43,362 bases of DNA. Source: an uncultured Azospirillum sp. Lineage in GTDB: Bacteria > Pseudomonadota > Alphaproteobacteria > RF32 > CAG-239. The position numbers and the translations under genes were made by a program. Below the pieces are notes generated by a model. That model had not been told where the DNA came from. It did not search any database and saw only the letters and a program-made list of their open reading frames with translations. Positions within the stretch are counted from its first letter, which is position 1. Every line of letters starts with the position of its first letter. Positions 35,210 through 43,362 of the stretch are shown here, piece by piece. The stretch lies in the NCBI GenBank assembly GCA_946623145.1, contig CAMOQT010000002.1, positions 1 to 43,362 on the forward strand, in the 5' to 3' direction.

Positions 35210-37672
35210 GTGGGTAAAAAGGAATCTGTCATTATTAATGAAATCGACAAGGCGCGACTTAAACTTTCAATCGAACATTATATTAAGTATTTTATTGGCA
35301 AAAGAACATGCGAACTGACGAAAGAAGAAGCTTTGGAAGCCATTTCTTTAGCTGTTCGAGAATTTGCTATGGATAAAATGTATGAAACCTTGGCGCGCTA
35401 CAATAAGGTAGATACAAAACGTGTTTATTATTTATCTATTGAATATTTAATTGGTCGTTCATTAGAAAATAACCTGCATAATCTTGGGCTTTTTGATATT
35501 ATGAAAAGCATTAAGATTGATGGGATGCCGGATATTACCTTAGAAGAAATTTTTGATGCGGAATATGATCCGGCGTTAGGTAATGGCGGTTTAGGTCGTT
35601 TGGCTGCTTGCTATCTTGACTCTATGGCATCTTTGGGAATCCCCGGTTTCGGATATGGTATTGACTATCAATTCGGTTTGTTTAAGCAAAAATTTGAAAA
35701 CGGCTATCAAATTGAACAGGCAGACAGTTGGGCGGGTGAAAATTCTCCATGGCAATTTGCTCGAAACGACAGAACAGTTACTATTCCGATTTATGGTAAT
35801 GTTGAAACATTTAAGAATGCCGATGGGAAAGATAGTTTTATTTGGATGAATACAAAAACCTTATATGGTGTTCCTTATGATTTTCCGATTGTCGGATATG
35901 AAGGAAAATCAGTCAACTATTTGCGCTTGTTTACGGCAAAAACCGACGATGAATTGGATATTAATATTTTTAATGAAGGCGGTTATATTGAAGCTGTTCG
36001 TGATAAAATTGAAACAGAAACCGTTTCTAAAGTTCTTTATCCTTCCGATGCGGTTCAATCCGGTAAAGAATTGCGTCTGAAGCAGCAATATTTCTTTGTT
36101 TCTTGTGCTGTTCAAGATATTATTCGTCGTTATCTTGAAAAGAGCAATGATTTTAAAGGAATGCCGGACAAAGTTTGTATTCAATTAAATGATACGCACC
36201 CGTCTTTGGCAATTCCTGAAATGATGCGTTTGTTAATGGATGTCCACGGGCAAGAATGGGATGATGCTTGGGATATCACAACAAAGATTTTTGCTTATAC
36301 TAATCATACCTTACTTCCGGAAGCATTAGAAACTTGGCCGGCAAGTATTTTAGGTAATATTTTGCCAAGACATTTGCAGATTATTTATGAAATCAATCGT
36401 CGCTTTATTGAAGAAGCAAAACAAAAGTTTGGTGATAACAGTGATATTCTTTCTAAATTATCAATTGTTGCAGGGGAAGGTGATAATCAGATTATTCGTA
36501 TGGCGAATCTTTCAATTGTCGGTTCTTTCTGTGTTAACGGTGTGGCAAAATTACATTCTGAACTCATCAAACATTCTTTGGTTCCTGAATTTTATGCTAT
36601 GTGGCCGAAGAAATTTACGAATGTAACAAACGGTATCACCCCTCGTCGTTGGTTGTTGCATGCTAATACGCATTTAGCAAATTTAATTGATTCTAAAATC
36701 GGTACCGATTGGGTCGTTAACCTTGATATGTTGCAAGACCTTGAAAAGTTTGTTAAAGATAAGACCTTTATTAAAAACTTTATGGAAGTTAAGCGTCAAA
36801 ATAAGATTGCTGTAGCTGAAAAAATTTATAGTGCATCCGGAATAATGGTTGATTCAAATAGTATGTTTATTGTTCACGCTAAGAGAATCCATGAATATAA
36901 ACGTCAATTGATGACGATTTTGCATGTTATCGGTGAGTATTTGGCAATTATTAAGGATAATTATCGTCCGTCAGTTCCTAAGACGTATATTTTTGCAGGA
37001 AAAGCGGCACCGTCATATAATTTTGCAAAATTAGTTATTAAGTTAATCAACAATGTTGCGTCGGTTGTTAATGCGGATCCTCGTGCATGTCAATTCTTAA
37101 AGGTGGTCTTTATTCCGGATTATAAAGTTTCTGTTGCAGAAAAACTTATTCCGGCGGCTGATTTAAGTGTTCAGTCATCAACGGCAGGTTTTGAAGCTTC
37201 CGGTACAGGTAATATGAAATTTGCTCTAAACGGTGCCGTAACCGTCGGTACATATGATGGTGCAAATATTGAGATTCGCGAGGCTGTCGGAGAAGATAAC
37301 TTCTATTTGTTCGGATTGAGAGAAAATGAAGTTAAGGAGCTTCGTTCTCATTATAATCCACGGGAATATTACGAAAAATCCGAGTATATTAAACGGATTA
37401 TGAATGCCCTGAATTCTAATATGTTCTGCGAAAAAGATTATGTTTTGATCTTTAAGATCATTTATGAAGAGCTGATGAATCATGATTACTTTATGGTTTT
37501 GGCTGATTTAGAGGCCTTTACCAATGCTGTTCATCAAGCAGAAAAAGATTTTCAAAACAAAGATAAATGGGCGAAGAAAGCTATTCTGAATGTTGCTCGT
37601 ATCGGTGCTTTCTCAAGTGATAGAGCTGTGATGGAGTATGCGTCTAACATCTGGCACGTCTCCGCAGTTTAA
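35210..37672 (+). CDS. glgP: glycogen/maltodextrin phosphorylase
   Basis: 820 aa. PLP-lysine motif EASGTGNMKFALNGA, GNGGLGRLAAC. GTG start. Confidence 0.95.
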   Translation: MGKKESVIINEIDKARLKLSIEHYIKYFIGKRTCELTKEEALEAISLAVREFAMDKMYETLARYNKVDTKRVYYLSIEYLIGRSLENNLHNLGLFDIMKSIKIDGMPDITLEEIFDAEYDPALGNGGLGRLAACYLDSMASLGIPGFGYGIDYQFGLFKQKFENGYQIEQADSWAGENSPWQFARNDRTVTIPIYGNVETFKNADGKDSFIWMNTKTLYGVPYDFPIVGYEGKSVNYLRLFTAKTDDELDINIFNEGGYIEAVRDKIETETVSKVLYPSDAVQSGKELRLKQQYFFVSCAVQDIIRRYLEKSNDFKGMPDKVCIQLNDTHPSLAIPEMMRLLMDVHGQEWDDAWDITTKIFAYTNHTLLPEALETWPASILGNILPRHLQIIYEINRRFIEEAKQKFGDNSDILSKLSIVAGEGDNQIIRMANLSIVGSFCVNGVAKLHSELIKHSLVPEFYAMWPKKFTNVTNGITPRRWLLHANTHLANLIDSKIGTDWVVNLDMLQDLEKFVKDKTFIKNFMEVKRQNKIAVAEKIYSASGIMVDSNSMFIVHAKRIHEYKRQLMTILHVIGEYLAIIKDNYRPSVPKTYIFAGKAAPSYNFAKLVIKLINNVASVVNADPRACQFLKVVFIPDYKVSVAEKLIPAADLSVQSSTAGFEASGTGNMKFALNGAVTVGTYDGANIEIREAVGEDNFYLFGLRENEVKELRSHYNPREYYEKSEYIKRIMNALNSNMFCEKDYVLIFKIIYEELMNHDYFMVLADLEAFTNAVHQAEKDFQNKDKWAKKAILNVARIGAFSSDRAVMEYASNIWHVSAV

Positions 37673-37775
37673 GTTGTATAAAGGGACATTACTGGTTGAT
37701 TTTTTTCTTATGTACTTTTTATTGTACACTGCGAAAAAAATCAACTTCGTACTGTCCTCTTTCTCCAACTTAAAC
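37667..37775 (+). repeat. ~109-nt hairpin repeat of the same family, overlapping the glgP stop codon
   Basis: Nested stems GTTTAAGTTG/CAACTTAAAC, GGGACA/TGTCC, GTTGATTTTTTT/AAAAAAATCAAC. The apex TTCTTATGTAC-TTTTT-ATTGTACACTGCG shares TTTCTTATGTAC..CTGCG with the tandem units. Confidence 0.75.
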
Positions 37776-37936
37776 AAATATACTCACTGCTCAACTCATT
37801 CTCCAAGCTAAATGAAACAAATTACGTATATTTTTCGAAAATGGACAAATTTTTCTTGCTTTTTATGGCAAAATGGTGTATATCTTTAACTCGTTACAAT
37901 AAGGCTATGCCTATTATTAATTAAAATCTTTAAATC

Positions 37937-38608
37937 ATGAAGAAAATGACATTTGTGAGCATTGTTGCTTTCGGGATGATTGCGGCAATGACATTGACAT
38001 CGTGTGACAGTAAGAAAGCTCCGGCTAATACCGAAGAGCCCATTATCGGTACGGATTACACTCTGGTTAAAACTCCTGACGGTGCTGTAGGCATCAAGAA
38101 GGGTGATGCGGTCATCTTTGAACCCAAGGCCGAGTATCTAGCAATTGATGCCGTTGGCGGTATGCTTATCGCGGATACGGAGAACGGCCAGGCTTTGATC
38201 GATCCCGAGACCGGCTACGAGAAGTTCTCTGCAGACACTCTCATCTGGAAAGACGTTTTCTTTGAAGGTCCAAGGAATGGTATTAGCATTGTTTACATTC
38301 CTGCCTCGAAGGTACAGTTCGCTGCTAAGGAGTATGCCGTCAAGGGATCTTATGCCCTCGGGACTTTCAATGACAAGATTAGTCTCTGGAAGGACAGTGA
38401 GCAGCTGATCGAACCAACAGCGGACTTCTCCAAGATGGCGATACTTCCCGATGGCAAGATTCTTGTTCTGAACGGAAAAGCCTGGGGAACAGCTAGTATC
38501 AAAAACAAGACGATTGTTCCCGGAAAGCTGGTTTCTGCTAAGGACTTAAAAAAGTTCAAAGCAATGAAAGGCTGGGATGACAAGGCGACTGTCATGATTT
38601 TGGAGTAG
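37937..38608 (+). CDS. lipoprotein of unknown function, compositionally foreign
   Basis: Signal peptide plus lipobox MKKMTFVSIVAFGMIAAMTLTSC. No SD. G/C-ending codons (AAG, ATC, GAG, TTC, GGC), unlike neighbouring genes. Confidence 0.8.
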   Translation: MKKMTFVSIVAFGMIAAMTLTSCDSKKAPANTEEPIIGTDYTLVKTPDGAVGIKKGDAVIFEPKAEYLAIDAVGGMLIADTENGQALIDPETGYEKFSADTLIWKDVFFEGPRNGISIVYIPASKVQFAAKEYAVKGSYALGTFNDKISLWKDSEQLIEPTADFSKMAILPDGKILVLNGKAWGTASIKNKTIVPGKLVSAKDLKKFKAMKGWDDKATVMILE

Positions 38609-38630
38609 ATTGACTACTCGACAACTTATC

Positions 38631-38666
38631 TCCCTCCGGAAGCGAAAGCTTCCTGAGGGATTTTTT
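38631..38666 (+). terminator. strong rho-independent terminator of the lipoprotein gene
   Basis: TCCCTCCGGAAGC-GAAA-GCTTCCTGAGGGA (12 bp, GNRA loop) followed by T6. Confidence 0.85.
38641..38663 (+). repeat. 23-bp direct repeat, copy 1 (3' half of the terminator hairpin)
   Basis: AGCGAAAGCTTCCTGAGGGATTT, identical to 38764-38786. Confidence 0.9.
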
Positions 38667-38763
38667 GTGGGTAGGTATTGCTTTATTCAAAGCAATCAGT
38701 TTTATGGATACCGGATATGCCACAGCCAGCAGGGTGTGGCTTTCGGTATGACGAGAAGAGAAA

Positions 38764-38786
38764 AGCGAAAGCTTCCTGAGGGATTT
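38764..38786 (+). repeat. 23-bp direct repeat, copy 2 (lacks the 5' hairpin arm)
   Basis: AGCGAAAGCTTCCTGAGGGATTT, identical to 38641-38663. Confidence 0.9.
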
Positions 38787-38791
38787 GTATT

Positions 38792-39286
38792 TTAAATAAA
38801 AGGATTATAGGCCCATTGCAGAAGAGCTTGGCGTTGTTTCGGTCGGCAATTAAAATCAAGAATCGGGCAATTTTTGCGAATCTGCGCAGCATGACGGGAA
38901 AAAGCTTTCCAGCGTTTGATTTGAATTTTATCTATTTGGGGAAGACGGCGACCGTAATAATATCGGCAATACCATTGAAACCAACCGCGAACATCCGGCT
39001 CTAGAATCCACCCGCGTTTTTGCCATTCCTGCAGGCTGAGACGGGATTTCAGTTTAAAACAGTTGATTTCTGGTGTGCTTTGGGATGAGGTTTTGGCTTT
39101 TTCAAACCAATATGAAGGGAATTCATTACGGCAATCATTGAGATATTTCCCTTCAAAAATGCCTAGTTCGAGCATTTGCGGTGGCGTTAATTCCGGTTTG
39201 AAATCCGGCGCAAAATTTTTCCCCTCTTGTTCAACCAATTCATATTGGTAATTTTGTTGCATTTTATCATTGACGGTAATAAACAT
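38792..39286 (-). CDS. conserved-looking hypothetical protein, Trp/Tyr/Arg-rich motif
   Basis: 164 aa. Motifs MLELGIFEGKYLND and RGWFQWYCRYYYGRRLPQIDKIQIKRW. 51 nt downstream of the 634-aa gene on the same strand. Confidence 0.65.
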   Translation of the reverse strand: MFITVNDKMQQNYQYELVEQEGKNFAPDFKPELTPPQMLELGIFEGKYLNDCRNEFPSYWFEKAKTSSQSTPEINCFKLKSRLSLQEWQKRGWILEPDVRGWFQWYCRYYYGRRLPQIDKIQIKRWKAFSRHAAQIRKNCPILDFNCRPKQRQALLQWAYNPFI

Positions 39287-39337
39287 ATCTCCTCTCTTTC
39301 GAAAGGAGATATAATTTCTGTTTGGAATATTCCAAGG

Positions 39338-41242
39338 CTATATTGATGCACCACCACGAGAAGTAGATCGAGTAGGTGTTGGCTGACTATTTGTATTGGT
39401 GTTAGTCGGAAGATCAAAGGTTGGGGTTCCAAAGTCAATTGTATTGAAACCATCTTTAAATCCTTTATCTCTTAAACCTTTATTGATAGTGATGTTCAAA
39501 GCTTTGTTAGCGCTGTTGACTTCTCTTTCAACGATAGTGTCCACACTGTCTTTTCCGCCATTACGTTTTATTTTATCAATTAAAGTGTTTTTAGCTGTTT
39601 CGATATTTCTAGCTTCTAAAGTTTCATACAGAGCAATCATCTGATTATCATCCAGTGAAGATGCTGTTTTATCTGTAGCTCCGACGGCTTGTAGTTTTTG
39701 TAATAACTCGGCTTCAAAAGCTCTGTCTTGAGAAGCCAGTTTTTGGCATAGTTGCCCAATAGACATATCTGGTTGAGCAGAAATTGTCGTGAACAATTGT
39801 TTCATTGTTTGAGCGGCACCGATAACTTCTTCGGCTTTTCCTCCTTCAACTCTTTTTGTTAGTTTGTCTGTTAAGCAACCTTCAAGTTGTTGTTTAAGAG
39901 GAAATAGTTTTTCTTGGTTAATTAACGACATTGCCAAAGTGTATCTTGGATCTTTCGGGTCATTTTTTCCTAATTCTAGCAAATGTCTTCCCAGATTACC
40001 TTTATATTTATATAGGGCTTTTTCATCCTGAATATTGTTTTCTGCTTCAGCTATCATTTTGTTAGCATGAAATTTGTTGATACCAATGCCTTTAGGAATA
40101 ATACCGGCTCTGGCACAAGCATTACGAAAGACGCCCGCATCTGACGGTGCTAGAGTTTTCGGTAATTTCATATATAATGCCCCTTGCGCTTTTACCATCA
40201 AAGCAAGTTTATCGGCAACAGGATCTGGAAGTTTCCCATCATTCGGAACATAGTAATCTATACCGGAGAGTTTACCATGATCTTGACGTAAACGAATACG
40301 GTATGCACATTCTGTGTAGTGACCTTTCTTATCCGGACGACCGTCGTTTTTGTAGTTATCTTCATGCGGTTTATCATAAATGCTGAATTCAACATCTCCA
40401 TTTACGAGTTTCTTTATTATAGGTATTTTTTTTAATAAACGAGGATCATTACTAAAATAAGTTAATCCTTTAACCTTTTTTTGGTTATTATCTCCTAGCC
40501 ATTTTTCAAAATCATCGACGACTTCATCAAAGGTAGGTATAGGTTTTGCCGGAGTTGCTGCTGGTGTAGGGGTTGTCGGTGCTGCAGTCGGAGTTTGTTG
40601 TTGAGCCGCAGCTTGGCTTGCTTCTCTGTTTGTTGCTTGAGGCGCTTCAGGCGCATATTCAAAGCCTATAGAGGCATGATTTTCTTTCGGAGGTTGATGG
40701 CTTTCCGGATTTTGATTTTTGATTTCTTGCGCTTTTTGATATTTTTCAACGAAGTCTTTATCAACGCCAGCGGGAAATTCAAAATTGGTTATGCCTCGAT
40801 GGTACATATACATTAAAGCATCAGCCATTTGAGCTTCAGTCATCTGCCCGAATACAATTTTACCATCATGAATTGAAAAATTAAAGAAGCCATCAGCCAT
40901 TTTACGGTAGATTTTGAGATAAGGATGTCCTTCATCGTCAACTTGTGTTTGGACAACCGTTGCCGGTGGTTGCTCATTGCGAGAAGCTTCTCGAATATTG
41001 TATAGTTTAGTAGCTAATTCAGGTTCTCTTTTGGCGGCTTCATAAAATTTCTTTTGTTCTTTAACTCTATCATCTTCAAGACGTTGTCTATCTAAACGCT
41101 GAGCGCGTTGTTCCGTTGTTTCATTTTCGGCTTCAGGAATCTTGACAGGAGTTGCTTCTACTTCAAAATGATGCAAAGCCTCTGCTTGGTCGCAGGAGCC
41201 ATGGTATTGGTCAAAATCTTTAATTATCAATTCGTCAGCCAT
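39338..41242 (-). CDS. large hypothetical protein with two related domains joined by a Pro/Thr/Ala linker
   Basis: 634-aa uninterrupted ORF with host-like composition. Low-complexity QQQTPTAAPTTPTPAATPAKP linker and a polar C-terminal tail. No family recognised. Confidence 0.7.
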   Translation of the reverse strand: MADELIIKDFDQYHGSCDQAEALHHFEVEATPVKIPEAENETTEQRAQRLDRQRLEDDRVKEQKKFYEAAKREPELATKLYNIREASRNEQPPATVVQTQVDDEGHPYLKIYRKMADGFFNFSIHDGKIVFGQMTEAQMADALMYMYHRGITNFEFPAGVDKDFVEKYQKAQEIKNQNPESHQPPKENHASIGFEYAPEAPQATNREASQAAAQQQTPTAAPTTPTPAATPAKPIPTFDEVVDDFEKWLGDNNQKKVKGLTYFSNDPRLLKKIPIIKKLVNGDVEFSIYDKPHEDNYKNDGRPDKKGHYTECAYRIRLRQDHGKLSGIDYYVPNDGKLPDPVADKLALMVKAQGALYMKLPKTLAPSDAGVFRNACARAGIIPKGIGINKFHANKMIAEAENNIQDEKALYKYKGNLGRHLLELGKNDPKDPRYTLAMSLINQEKLFPLKQQLEGCLTDKLTKRVEGGKAEEVIGAAQTMKQLFTTISAQPDMSIGQLCQKLASQDRAFEAELLQKLQAVGATDKTASSLDDNQMIALYETLEARNIETAKNTLIDKIKRNGGKDSVDTIVEREVNSANKALNITINKGLRDKGFKDGFNTIDFGTPTFDLPTNTNTNSQPTPTRSTSRGGASI

Positions 41243-41325
41243 AACAACACCTTAAGTTTATAAGTTTAATTTACTTCATTATAATCTATTTGTAGACAAA
41301 AAACAATAAAAAAGAGTTAATTTTG

Positions 41326-41362
41326 GCAAAAAAATACCCTCTGTTTGAAAAAAAACAGAGGG
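41326..41362 (-). terminator. rho-independent terminator after pgk
   Basis: Minus strand CCCTCTGTT-TTTTTTCA-AACAGAGGG followed by TATTTTTTT. Confidence 0.75.
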
Positions 41363-41385
41363 TAGAGATTGTTCTTAGAAATAAA

Positions 41386-42594
41386 TTATTTCTTTAAAAC
41401 AGCAACACCCGGGAGTTCTTTACCTTCCATCCATTCAAGGAAAGCACCGCCGGCTGTTGAAATATAAGTAAATTTATTTTCAACGCCTGCATTAGATAGA
41501 GCAGAAACCGTATCACCACCACCGGCAACAGTCATTAATTTGCCGGCTTGTGTGCGTTCAGCAGCGTGTTGAGCTACAGCGTTAGTTGCGGTATCAAACG
41601 GTTTTAATTCGAATACACCAAGAGGTCCGTTCCAAACGAGAGTTTTGCATTCGTCCATTTTAGCATTGATGGCTTTGATTGTCTTTTCGCCAACATCAAG
41701 TAAACTCCAACCCTCAGCCGGAATATTACTTAAATCAACGGTTTTATGCTCAGCACCGGCTTTGAATTCTTTAGAAACAACAACATCTTCAGGAAGAATG
41801 ATGTCGCAGTTATTGGCTTTAGCTGTAGCCATAATTTCTTTGGCAGTGTCAATCATATCCATTTGAACCAAAGAATTAGCTTCATTAACAGTGTCGATGC
41901 CGTTAGCCTTCATAAAGGTATGAGCCATACCGCCTGAAATAACGAGTTTATCAACTTTTTTAACCAAGTTATTTAATAAATCTAATTTAGTAGAAACTTT
42001 AGAGCCACCAACAATAGCCATTAACGGACGTTGAGGATCATTCAATCCTTTAGAGAGAGCATTAACTTCTTCTTCCATTAAGCGACCGAAAGCAGCAGGT
42101 TTGGTTTTAACTGCGGCAACCATAGAAGCATGTGCACGGTGAGCTGTTGAAAAAGCATCAGAAACATAAGCGTCAACCGGTGCTGTTAATTCTTTAGCAA
42201 AGGCTTCATCACCTTTCTTTTCTTCATTATAAAAACGAAGATTTTCGAGAAGTAAAACTTCATCATTGCTCATAGCTTTAATAGCAGCAGCAACTTTTTC
42301 GCCGATGCAGTCATCAACAAATACAACTTTGTGGCCGAGAGATTTTTCCAAATCTTTAACAATATGGCTCAGAGAGTTTTTCATGTCTCCTTTGCCTTCC
42401 GGACGACCAAAGTGAGAAATAACGACAACTTTTGCGCCTTTGCTCATTAATTCTTTAATAGTCGGAACGGTACGATCAATACGAGCTGTATTTGTTACTT
42501 TAAAATTTTCATCCATCGGAACGTTTAAGTCAGCACGGAGCATAACGACTTTACCGTTCAAATTTCCTAAATCTTCAATTGTTTTGTATTGCAT
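41386..42594 (-). CDS. pgk: phosphoglycerate kinase
   Basis: MLRADLNVP near the N-terminus and VAGGGDTVSAL. ATG 42594 with an AAGGAA SD is preferred over the longer track ORF. Confidence 0.95.
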   Translation of the reverse strand: MQYKTIEDLGNLNGKVVMLRADLNVPMDENFKVTNTARIDRTVPTIKELMSKGAKVVVISHFGRPEGKGDMKNSLSHIVKDLEKSLGHKVVFVDDCIGEKVAAAIKAMSNDEVLLLENLRFYNEEKKGDEAFAKELTAPVDAYVSDAFSTAHRAHASMVAAVKTKPAAFGRLMEEEVNALSKGLNDPQRPLMAIVGGSKVSTKLDLLNNLVKKVDKLVISGGMAHTFMKANGIDTVNEANSLVQMDMIDTAKEIMATAKANNCDIILPEDVVVSKEFKAGAEHKTVDLSNIPAEGWSLLDVGEKTIKAINAKMDECKTLVWNGPLGVFELKPFDTATNAVAQHAAERTQAGKLMTVAGGGDTVSALSNAGVENKFTYISTAGGAFLEWMEGKELPGVAVLKK

Positions 42595-42607
42595 GTGTTT
42601 TTCCTTA

Positions 42608-42648
42608 AATAAAAAAGAATCCCCGTCGCTTAAAAAACGGCGGGGATT
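42608..42648 (-). terminator. intrinsic terminator/attenuator between gap and pgk
   Basis: Minus strand AATCCCCGCCG-TTTTTTAAG-CGACGGGGATT (one mismatch) followed by CTTTTTTATTT. Confidence 0.6.
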
Positions 42649-42658
42649 AAATATTCGA

Positions 42659-43362
<704 letters not shown>

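Noticed and set aside
38610-38892. Track ORFs 38610-38795 (+) and 38683-38892 (-) in the hairpin-rich spacer
   Set aside because: They run through the terminator and direct repeats and overlap the 164-aa gene. The translations look random (repeated RKLPEGF simply reflects the 23-bp direct repeat).

Overview
AT-rich chromosomal segment (about 38% G+C in a hand-counted ~100-nt sample), densely packed with about 33 protein genes, most of them housekeeping. Gene content and local order point to a reduced alphaproteobacterium; this is inference. The supporting arrangements are tsaD beside a mitofilin-like gene, fabD-fabG, lptF/G-lptD-surA-rsmA, valS-popZ-tolC, gap-pgk, and an rluC/ATP12 neighbourhood. 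I recognised no tRNA, rRNA, CRISPR array, transposase, integrase-bounded element or phage gene. Four things are not explained by ordinary annotation. (1) A family of ~100-nt hairpin-forming repeats sits just 3' of three + strand genes. It includes a 3.3-copy tandem array at 6853-7243 and dispersed members at 22942-23152 and 37667-37775, and the arms show compensatory changes. (2) An orphan promoter plus strong intrinsic terminator lies on the minus strand at 23261-23450, suggesting an unannotated ~150-nt structured sRNA. It sits in a 600-bp hairpin-rich gap where acpP-fabF would normally follow fabG. (3) An archaeal-type ADP-dependent sugar kinase appears co-transcribed with a mitofilin/Mic60-like membrane protein, at a locus that normally holds heme genes. 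(4) An accessory island at 37.7-41.3 kb separates glgP from pgk-gap. It holds a compositionally foreign lipoprotein gene, a 634-aa two-domain orphan protein and a 164-aa Trp/Tyr/Arg-rich protein. All functional calls rest on motifs read by eye; no database search was possible.
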